In this document: positions 1-7,167 of the stretch, one piece after another
Layout: every line of letters begins with the position of its first letter
Numbering within the stretch: position 1 is the first letter of the stretch
NCBI GenBank assembly: GCA_030149205.1
Contig: JASBSB010000004.1
Span: 150,001-182,000 of the forward strand
Direction of reading: 5' to 3'
Source: Candidatus Heimdallarchaeota archaeon
GTDB lineage: Archaea > Asgardarchaeota > Heimdallarchaeia > Heimdallarchaeales > Kariarchaeaceae
Length of the DNA: 32,000 nucleotides
The notes under the pieces: model-generated
Seen by the model: the letters and a program-made list of their open reading frames with translations, nothing else
What the model was told of the DNA's origin: nothing
Databases searched by the model: none
Translations under genes and position numbers: made by a program

Positions 1-54
1 TCTTTAGGTTCCAATTATCAGAAAAGGATTAAAATAGAAAACTGACTCGTATCA

Positions 55-843
55 ATGGTAACTCCATATGATATAATCGCGGCATTTTTTCATAATGTAT
101 ATTTATCGCTGGTTAGTATATATGTGTTTTTCATACAATATGCTCCACTTTTATGGCAAGGATTCTTAATAACACTTCAAATCAGTGCATTTTCAATCAT
201 GTTTGGAGTTGTGTTAGGTGTTTTTGCTGCATTAATGAAAATTTCGTCAAATGTTATTCTACGTTCTCTTGCAACAGGATATATTGAAATCTTTAGAGGA
301 ACCCCATTGGTGGTACAAATACTCTTTATAGCCTTTGGGTACCCGTTACTTTTACAAAATGTATTTAATGTGAATTTAGTCGCTGGTTCTTGGAACAATC
401 CGACTGGTTTTTGGAAAGCTATCATGGCTTTAAGCTTAAATACTGGTGCATATCAAGCTGAAATTATTCGAGCTGGGATTTCAAGCATACCAAAGGGACA
501 AATGGAAGCAGCAAGATCTGTTGGTTTAACTTATGGGGAAGCAATGAGGCACATTATCCTTCCTCAAGCATTTAGAATAATTACTCCTCCACTTACTAAT
601 GAATTTATTAACATAGTCCTAAACAGTAGTCTAGTAATTTTAATTCCAGTTCAGGATTTAACTTTCTGGGGAAATCAAATTGTTTCGGCGACCTTCAGGG
701 TAATGGAAACATGGACAATAGTAGGGGGTTTATATTTTTCAATGACCTTACTCCTTTCTCGGTTATTCCAGTATCTAGAAGAAAAGTATAGAATTCCTGG
801 AGTTGGGTTTTCAACAAAGGGTGGAACTCCCAGATTAGCTTAG
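55..843 (+). CDS. Polar amino-acid ABC transporter permease (HisM/GlnP family)
   Basis: Family motifs YIEIFRGTPLVVQ, LNTGAYQAEIIRAGISSIPKGQMEAARSVG (EAA loop) and IILPQAFR; several TM segments; directly followed by the ATPase gene. Confidence 0.95.
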   Translation: MVTPYDIIAAFFHNVYLSLVSIYVFFIQYAPLLWQGFLITLQISAFSIMFGVVLGVFAALMKISSNVILRSLATGYIEIFRGTPLVVQILFIAFGYPLLLQNVFNVNLVAGSWNNPTGFWKAIMALSLNTGAYQAEIIRAGISSIPKGQMEAARSVGLTYGEAMRHIILPQAFRIITPPLTNEFINIVLNSSLVILIPVQDLTFWGNQIVSATFRVMETWTIVGGLYFSMTLLLSRLFQYLEEKYRIPGVGFSTKGGTPRLA

Positions 844-847
844 GTGA
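842..847 (+). promoter_or_regulatory. Archaeal-type Shine-Dalgarno (AGGTGA) overlapping the permease stop codon
   Basis: AGGTGA is complementary to the conserved 16S 3' end (GAUCACCU). The same hexamer precedes starts at 6606, 21941 and 29178. Confidence 0.6.
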
Positions 848-1593
848 TTGAAGTGACGAGTCTTTTAGAAATTAAAAATCTTGTAAAAACATACAGCAAA
901 CAACCAGAGCCAGCTTTGGATGATGTTTCAATTAAAGTAGAAAAAGGTGAGGTTGTGGTAATTATAGGTGCATCAGGGTCTGGAAAATCAACGTTACTCA
1001 GGTGCATAAACAGATTAGTTGAGCCAAATGAAGGTGAAATATTGTTAGAAGGTGAAAATATTTTAGATCCAACTTACAATGTAAATGTCCTTCGACAAAA
1101 TGTTGGAATGGTTTTTCAGTCCTTTAATCTCTTTTCGCACCTCACGGTGATAAAGAATTTGACGTTAGGGTTAACCAAAGTTAAAGGAATACCAATCGAT
1201 GAGGCGACCAACGTGGCAATGGACATACTAGAAAGGGTGGATCTTGCAGATAAAGCAGATAATTATCCAGCAGAACTTTCTGGTGGGCAACAACAAAGGG
1301 TAGGTATAGCAAGAGCACTTGCTATGAGCCCTAAACTTATGTTGTTCGATGAACCCACCTCTGCTTTGGATCCAGAGTTAGTGGGAGAAATTATTAGCAT
1401 AATGTTAAGCCTTGCTAAAGAACATATGACAATGCTCGTGGTTACTCACGAAATTGGTTTTGCAAGAGAGGCTGCAGATCGAATAATTTACATGGACAAG
1501 GGTAAAATAATTGAGGAACAACCGGGAAATAAACTATTAACTGACCCTCAGCATCCTCGAACTAAGCAATTCTTGCAAAGAATTAGGAAATGA
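844..1593 (+). CDS. glnQ: Polar amino-acid ABC transporter ATP-binding protein (GlnQ-like)
   Basis: Walker A GASGSGKST, Q-loop VFQSFNLF, signature LSGGQQQRV, Walker B/D-loop LMLFDEPTSALDPE, H-loop VVTHE. The true start may be the GTG at 853, 5 nt after AGGTGA (842-847). Confidence 0.93.
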   Translation: MIEVTSLLEIKNLVKTYSKQPEPALDDVSIKVEKGEVVVIIGASGSGKSTLLRCINRLVEPNEGEILLEGENILDPTYNVNVLRQNVGMVFQSFNLFSHLTVIKNLTLGLTKVKGIPIDEATNVAMDILERVDLADKADNYPAELSGGQQQRVGIARALAMSPKLMLFDEPTSALDPELVGEIISIMLSLAKEHMTMLVVTHEIGFAREAADRIIYMDKGKIIEEQPGNKLLTDPQHPRTKQFLQRIRK

Positions 1594-1639
1594 CAATCTT
1601 TTCAAACCAATACCATTTACTTTAAGAAAAATCAGAAAA

Positions 1640-2023
1640 TTGAAACTTATGATCTTCTTATTGTTAGCAGGTCTCTTAGGTGCATTGGGTGTTGGAATTG
1701 GGGCATTTGGTGCTCATATTTTGAAGAGTTCAGTCACCCCTGAAATGTTGAGTATTTATGAGACTGGAGTGTTGTATCATTTAGTGCATTCAGTAGTATT
1801 ACTGGTTATTGCGTTTGCACTTGAAGGAAACCTCCTGAATTCTGAAAAACCTTTGTTGCAAATCTCTTTTTGGTCAATTTTTACTGGTATTATTATATTT
1901 TCAGGGTCGTTATACCTCTTGGTAATTATCAATCAGAGATGGTTAGGAGCAATAACTCCAATCGGAGGTGTAGCATTTATTGTTGGATGGCTGATTCTAG
2001 CCTTTGTTGGATATAAGCATTGA
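1640..2023 (+). CDS. DUF423 (YgdD/TMEM256) family small membrane protein
   Basis: GALGVGIGAFGAH, YETGVLYHLVH, IFSGSLY and LGAITPIGGVAFIVGW match the family pattern; 4 TMs. ATG 1649 is an alternative start. Confidence 0.9.
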   Translation: MKLMIFLLLAGLLGALGVGIGAFGAHILKSSVTPEMLSIYETGVLYHLVHSVVLLVIAFALEGNLLNSEKPLLQISFWSIFTGIIIFSGSLYLLVIINQRWLGAITPIGGVAFIVGWLILAFVGYKH

Positions 2024-2192
2024 AATAAGGATTAATTTTAATAAAGGTCTAGTTAGACTCAATTCATAACTACCTTCATTTTTATAACTTTCTGAAATTC
2101 AATTCTGGTTCGATTAATATTTGTTTAATTTGCTTTTTACTATAATAACAATCCGTTTTTATGGTAAAAATCTTTGGTTTTTAATTTGTGAT

Positions 2193-2432
2193 TAACTGAG
2201 CGTCTGTATTTAGTCAATACAGACATCCAGCTGGATCAAAGATCCGATGTTAGACAGGTAAAACCTGTTGGTGAATATTTTCTTCTGAAAATATTTAAGC
2301 AAATTTCAACAAGATCAGATGATGTTAATCCCCATCATCAGGTCTTGGAGGAATCGGGGGAATTGGATAACTTCCTTTGAAATCCATAATGCATGTATGG
2401 ATGTTCAATTATACCTGATCTACGTACAGTTG
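2193..2432 (+). ncRNA. Candidate structured non-coding RNA or long leader (unknown family)
   Basis: ORF-free 540-bp gap containing at least seven stems: 2202-2210/2216-2224, 2233-2237/2241-2245, 2253-2259/2263-2269, 2273-2282/2287-2296, 2310-2324/2333-2347, 2353-2358/2414-2419, 2361-2367/2404-2410, 2382-2388/2396-2402, plus a closing helix 2193-2198/2427-2432. G-U pairs favour the + strand. Confidence 0.55.
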
Positions 2433-2566
2433 AAAATAATGCGTTTTACTAATAATATTTCAAATTATACAAGGTAGAGACCTGTTCTGGCAAAGTAGGA
2501 ATTTTTAGTAAGTGTTCAAAGACTTGTCATTACTCATTAATATGAGGAAAAAAAGAGGCAATTGAA

Positions 2567-4117
2567 ATGGGTGGAAGACCTTTATGGGGAAAATGCTACT
2601 CCAGACTATTTTATTACAACCTTTTTGATCTTGAAGAATTAAACAAATATTCTCAGCAAATTATTCAAATATTTAACTTTGATCCGGATATATTTACTGT
2701 CATTGATAGAAGCAAATTCACAATTAATACTACAAAAGGTAAGTTGTTAAATAATTTTAAATTAAAGAAGAATGGAACTGTAGAATTTCCTAAAGGATTC
2801 TCACCTATATTTTTGAATTCATTTGGGGCAATCCGCTTAAAAGTTACAAATTCAGATTATTCTGACTATTTAATTCGAAAAAAGGCTGATAACCTATTTC
2901 TAGTGCCTATTAAATTAGAAATTAACAAGAATGACAAAGATTCAAAGCTTGATGTTTTCATAGAAATAATTTCTCCTTGTTGGATTGGGATAGTAGTGTA
3001 TGTTTACAAACCCTTTTCCAAAAAGGAATTAGATAGTTACTTTAAAGGGTTAGAAGATAGGATTTCGAACTCATTAGGGAAATTATTTGGCTTGAAACTT
3101 TCATTTAGCAAAGAAAGGACATCCACTATGCATACTTTTGCTTTTGATAAATTTCAATCATTTAAATCTAAAACTCAATTTACTTTTAAGTTTCCTCTCA
3201 AATATCCCTCAAATTCAGAATTTGCTCTTTTCTCAATCGTAGTTCTGATCAAATTATATGGAATAGGAATTCTAAACGCAGTTTTTAAATCTAAAATTTC
3301 AGAACCTAACATAAACGGTAACTTAGAGAGGTTTTTGGGACTGTGTACGCAGTCACTACTCTTTCAACTCAATCCAGAACTGCTGTTTCCAGGTAAAATC
3401 CAATCTCAATACCTCTGGATCAGAAATTCAGAATTAAGAAATCAGGCCAATCAATTGGTTAACTTGAGAAATAGGGGTCAAATTTTCAGAACGACATTAG
3501 AGATGATACAAAGGATAAACCATGATTTTACTTTGAATTTAAAATATTATATCAATTCACATGTTATGGCTGACCACGTCTACCGCTCAACTATTAAGTT
3601 TGAACTGGCTAAGTTTACCTCTCATTTGCAAACCTCATTTTCTAGGAGCACTAAGGGAGTAAATCTAATTGTAATTAATCTCCTTATCATACTTGCATTA
3701 CTTAATGATTATCAAAATAAGAATCACGAATTCATATACCTCAAAATTTTATCAAGGATTCCTGAACCAATTCGAAGTTATTCACAAAGAAAGGCTCTTC
3801 TTTTGAATAACAAATCATTTGGTCTAAATCTCAATTTACTCAAACAGAATGTAGAAAAGCTGTATACAAACTACAAAAATCTATATACGAACAATCCCAA
3901 AAATTTGAGTTTTAGAAGATCGTCATATTTCACAGAGAACTCTTTGAACACAGTATTACTTCTCAGAGAGAGAGGGATTATCACAAACATTAGATCCGGT
4001 AACAGAATTATTGTAACTTTAAATTTGAAGAACCAATTAATTTCAAGATTATTAGCAATCCCTAATTATCAGGATATCCTATTTAATGAATTATCGTCAA
4101 TACTAGATAATTCCTAA
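2567..4117 (+). CDS. Hypothetical protein (516 aa, basic), possible C-terminal winged helix
   Basis: Long ORF with GAGG 8 nt upstream; no catalytic motif recognised. The C-terminal NSLNTVLLLRERGIITNIRSGNRIIVTLN resembles a wHTH recognition helix plus wing. Confidence 0.75.
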   Translation: MGGRPLWGKCYSRLFYYNLFDLEELNKYSQQIIQIFNFDPDIFTVIDRSKFTINTTKGKLLNNFKLKKNGTVEFPKGFSPIFLNSFGAIRLKVTNSDYSDYLIRKKADNLFLVPIKLEINKNDKDSKLDVFIEIISPCWIGIVVYVYKPFSKKELDSYFKGLEDRISNSLGKLFGLKLSFSKERTSTMHTFAFDKFQSFKSKTQFTFKFPLKYPSNSEFALFSIVVLIKLYGIGILNAVFKSKISEPNINGNLERFLGLCTQSLLFQLNPELLFPGKIQSQYLWIRNSELRNQANQLVNLRNRGQIFRTTLEMIQRINHDFTLNLKYYINSHVMADHVYRSTIKFELAKFTSHLQTSFSRSTKGVNLIVINLLIILALLNDYQNKNHEFIYLKILSRIPEPIRSYSQRKALLLNNKSFGLNLNLLKQNVEKLYTNYKNLYTNNPKNLSFRRSSYFTENSLNTVLLLRERGIITNIRSGNRIIVTLNLKNQLISRLLAIPNYQDILFNELSSILDNS

Positions 4118-4939
4118 ACCATTCATAATCAGCACTATAGAAATAAAAATCAACGTTAATGCAATCACAAGTGATATTTGCCAAGCTCTTAGTTTAGGTT
4201 TAAAATAATTGCCAATGATCGCCCCTAACCCTAAACTTATCATTAGCACTATCGTAAGTTCAATGTTTCTGCTCCCCTCGAAGTAATGAGTTAAACCTCC
4301 TGTCAGTGAGGTAAAAATAATCATGAACAGTGCTGTTCCTGTGGCTATAACTGAAGGGACTCCGTATGCAACTATGAGAAGTGGGCTTTTTAACCACCCT
4401 CCACCAACCCCTAACATACCAGACAAAAACCCAATAAATAATCCCGCTACAATTAGAATAGGCACTGAGACAGTGTAAGTTGATCCCAATGTTGAAAGTG
4501 TGACAGTAGGTTTTAAATACAAAATACCTGATTGAGAGCCAGAACTTTTCTTAGTCTTCCCAGACCTTTCAGTCATTGTTTTCCTTATCATTTGTATGCT
4601 CAAAAGGATAGCAACTATACCAAAAGTAATTTTTATGATATAATCTGGGAGAGCAGTTGTTACTAAGGCACCAATATACGCCCCAGTCATAGTAGGGATT
4701 TCGAAGAGTATCCCAAGCTTAAAATCTATCTCTTTTCTTCTCCAGGCACCAAACGCACCGATAAGGGCTGGAACTGTTAAACTTATTAAAACTGCACCAA
4801 TCACTGTTTTAACCGGTAACCCAAATAACACAGGAAGGAGAGGAACCAAAAATACACCTCCACCGAATCCAGCGATTATACTAAATATTGCAACAACAAA
4901 TGCCAAAATACCTATGGTTAGAATTAAAATAAAATCCAT
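4103..4939 (-). CDS. Sulfite exporter TauE/SafE (TSUP) family membrane protein
   Basis: Duplicated glycine motifs IAGFGGGVFLVP and GMLGVGGGWLKSP, ATGTALF; about 8 TMs in two repeats. Confidence 0.9.
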   Translation of the reverse strand: MDFILILTIGILAFVVAIFSIIAGFGGGVFLVPLLPVLFGLPVKTVIGAVLISLTVPALIGAFGAWRRKEIDFKLGILFEIPTMTGAYIGALVTTALPDYIIKITFGIVAILLSIQMIRKTMTERSGKTKKSSGSQSGILYLKPTVTLSTLGSTYTVSVPILIVAGLFIGFLSGMLGVGGGWLKSPLLIVAYGVPSVIATGTALFMIIFTSLTGGLTHYFEGSRNIELTIVLMISLGLGAIIGNYFKPKLRAWQISLVIALTLIFISIVLIMNGLGII

Positions 4940-4993
4940 AGTTTTTCTATTAATGTTTTTTTTTAAGATGTATGGTAGCTTATCAAAAGTAGT

Positions 4994-6373
4994 TTAATAA
5001 ATGTGTAACTTAGTTTTAGGGATATTGATAATATTAAAGGATAGACCTCTCTCCTTTGGAATCTTCCAAATGATTGGATTAGGGAGTAGATTGTGAAAAG
5101 TATAAGTTTCTTTGAGAATCAAAATTTCAATATAATTAATCGTCTCGAGATCACTTGCTCCTGTGGAGAAAACAAACAAACCACCAGTAAAGTGACCGGG
5201 GTTATGAATCTTTATTGCTTGATAAAATGGAAAATTCTCAAGGATACCTTTTATCCTATAAAATAATTCTGAATCACAGGTTGTTATTAAAAGGTAGGAT
5301 TCCCAAAGCTTTGTGGGATCTAACCTTACCCCTTTAACTAATATCTCTAATTGTTGAAATTTAAGTAATTTTTTCTTTATTAATGAATTAGGAGAATCAA
5401 TTCCCTTTGTAAATTCCTTTTGCGTGACTGCGCCTTCTAATGCTTTATTCAGTATTTGTCTATCTATTTCATCTAAATTAATTCTCTTTGTAGGAATTTG
5501 TATCAACATTGATCGCGATAACGATGTTTGATAGATCTGAGTAAGGAAATCAACTTTTTTGCTTTCTAAATCTCTTGCAAGTTTAATTTCTGGGTAATGT
5601 GATTGATTGAGAAGTAGAACCTTTACTTTACTTTTGTCAAATGATTCAACAAATGAAATTAATTTGACAATTAATCTAGTTTCGTTTGGTATTAAAATTT
5701 GATAAATATAATCTGGCTTTTTTGGAGCTCCAACTTGAATGGAGTAGATCCAAGGGGATTCCAACATAAATACATCTTTAATAGAACTAAATTTAAGGAT
5801 CAACACAAAATATGTGAAATTTAATTTTGGAAAATCAATATAGAATAATTCCTGTAAAATATTTTTATCTCTCAATTTTTTTAAATTTCGACTGATTTCA
5901 GGGATAGTAGAAAAATTATATGTTTCATAAAGAATCTTTGGAGAAATCTTTTGACTTAAAAATGAATTGTATGTCAACTGTTTTTGTAAGGGTGTAAGTT
6001 TTAAATAATTTTTTTGTCTGTCTCCTTCCATTAAGAGATAGAGAAATTTTTCTAAGATGGACTCATCTGATTCAACAATAACTGTTTTAATTTCATAAAC
6101 AGTTTTTGTGTTTAGGGAAGTTAATGAAAAATAAGGGAGGTATAATTTCAATGGTGTTGAAATAAATATACCCTCAGCACTCCAAATTGCACTAATACTA
6201 TATCCATCTTGAATCCATATTTCATAAAACAAAAATTCAATTAATAACTGCTGTTTGAGCAAATCTTCTATTTTTGCTAATTGACGGATTCTTTCAAACC
6301 ATAATTTTTTCTCCCTTTTTCGAAGATACTCATATAATCTGGGATAATGGGTTAACAATCCTTTCTCAATCAA
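4994..6373 (-). CDS. Transcription regulator-like protein with two Lrp/AsnC-type HTH + effector modules
   Basis: Two segments fit the Lrp pattern: LTPLQKQL...PEISRNLKKLRDKNILQELFYIDFPKLNFTYFVLILK and LDEIDRQILNKALEG...NSLIKKKLLKFQQLEILVKGVRLDPTKL; N-terminal extension of about 120 aa. Confidence 0.6.
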   Translation of the reverse strand: MIEKGLLTHYPRLYEYLRKREKKLWFERIRQLAKIEDLLKQQLLIEFLFYEIWIQDGYSISAIWSAEGIFISTPLKLYLPYFSLTSLNTKTVYEIKTVIVESDESILEKFLYLLMEGDRQKNYLKLTPLQKQLTYNSFLSQKISPKILYETYNFSTIPEISRNLKKLRDKNILQELFYIDFPKLNFTYFVLILKFSSIKDVFMLESPWIYSIQVGAPKKPDYIYQILIPNETRLIVKLISFVESFDKSKVKVLLLNQSHYPEIKLARDLESKKVDFLTQIYQTSLSRSMLIQIPTKRINLDEIDRQILNKALEGAVTQKEFTKGIDSPNSLIKKKLLKFQQLEILVKGVRLDPTKLWESYLLITTCDSELFYRIKGILENFPFYQAIKIHNPGHFTGGLFVFSTGASDLETINYIEILILKETYTFHNLLPNPIIWKIPKERGLSFNIINIPKTKLHIY

Positions 6374-6460
6374 TTCTATACTAATCTACTCAGATATATT
6401 TATCTATATTGTGCAATTAGATATGCAAATTCACAATTCTGAAAACAATATCACACTAAC

Positions 6461-6470
6461 TTTTATAAAT
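6461..6470 (+). promoter_or_regulatory. Putative TATA box for the structured leader and the 154-aa gene
   Basis: TTTTATAAAT lies about 20-25 nt upstream of the first hairpin at 6489, the expected archaeal TATA-to-TSS distance. Confidence 0.4.
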
Positions 6471-6488
6471 CTCAAAGGGAGTTCAGTT

Positions 6489-6589
6489 TAGACTGTGTCC
6501 ATCAATAGTCTACGGTTACTGGTCGAGTTTGATATTAATGTGGGGAAAAGGAGAGTATCAGTCCAAACTCTAACTTTTCCCTAGTAACC
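6489..6589 (+). ncRNA. Candidate pseudoknotted leader or small RNA
   Basis: Hairpin 6489-6496/6505-6512; closing stem 6514-6522/6581-6589; nested stems 6525-6530/6565-6570 and 6531-6536/6554-6559; loop GGGAAAAG 6543-6550 is complementary to CTTTTCCC 6574-6581, giving crossing (pseudoknot) topology. Confidence 0.55.
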
Positions 6590-6595
6590 ACTTTT

Positions 6596-6601
6596 AGGTG
6601 A
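6596..6601 (+). promoter_or_regulatory. Shine-Dalgarno AGGTGA
   Basis: 4 nt upstream of ATG 6606. Confidence 0.6.
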
Positions 6602-6605
6602 ATAA

Positions 6606-7070
6606 ATGAACCTGATATGCGTTGGTATTCCGGTAAATAATCGTTCCGAGTACAAAAAACTAATTTCAAATCTTTCGAATCTGTCCTCAAAAGCATATTT
6701 AACTCCAATCGAATCCTTTAAATTTCCAGAGCTAACATTTCTCATTTATGACAGAGTAATAGATAAATTGATTAAGTCTAAATTTGATTTTATTAATCTA
6801 AAAATTATGAATATAAAGATGATAGAACATAGGTTTGGGAGAATTAATAGATATCAAATGATTGAAACCAATCTTCTTTTCCAGAGTGACTTTGTTAGAC
6901 CTGAGAGTTATTCTATGGTTCAAGCTGCAGAATATGTTAAAGACTATAACTTAGAAACAGAATACATAAAATTTCAGTTAAGAGGGGAACATTTTCAAAT
7001 TATTTTACCAAGATACTTACGATCAAATTTCATAGAATTGAAGCAAATGTTCCTTGAAAATAAATTGTAG
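6606..7070 (+). CDS. Hypothetical protein (154 aa)
   Basis: ORF with strong SD; no intact motif recognised; weak by-eye resemblance to the 2H-phosphoesterase layout. Confidence 0.65.
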   Translation: MNLICVGIPVNNRSEYKKLISNLSNLSSKAYLTPIESFKFPELTFLIYDRVIDKLIKSKFDFINLKIMNIKMIEHRFGRINRYQMIETNLLFQSDFVRPESYSMVQAAEYVKDYNLETEYIKFQLRGEHFQIILPRYLRSNFIELKQMFLENKL

Positions 7071-7167
7071 TTGACTTACAAGGAAGAATTGTTAGTGGCA
7101 AGTCACAGTTTAAATGTAGTCAGAAGAAAAGACTTAATTCATTCTTTTCAAGAACAAACTTGCACAT

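Noticed and set aside
1-45. Possible 3' end of an upstream gene (frame 1 open to TGA 43-45), perhaps the ABC substrate-binding protein
   Set aside because: Only 14 codons are visible and frame 3 is also open to 32; it cannot be assigned.
2300-2341. Hammerhead ribozyme core (CTGATGA ... GAAA on the minus strand)
   Set aside because: No stem II closes between CUGAUGA and GAAA (U opposite U), and no stem I/III with an NUH site could be built.
2390-2432. Group II intron domain V-like segment (TGTAT-GGAT...ATCT-AC-GTACA)
   Set aside because: No AGC/CGC catalytic triad in register, no GNRA loop, no GUGYG 5' end, no domain VI and no RT ORF.
2193-2432. RNase P RNA or SRP RNA
   Set aside because: No GAGGAAAGUCC/P4 partner and no SRP helix-8 motif on either strand.
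2325-2435. Resemblance to the c-di-AMP (ydaO) riboswitch (TTAATC, CGGGGGA, GAAATCC)
   Set aside because: The conserved CAGCTAACC segment and expected pairings are missing; only scattered words match.
6483-6564. Group I intron R/S-like words (TCAG...GACTG and GTATCAGTCC)
   Set aside because: P7 geometry is imperfect, there are no P4-P6 or P9 elements, the segment is too short and no host gene is interrupted.
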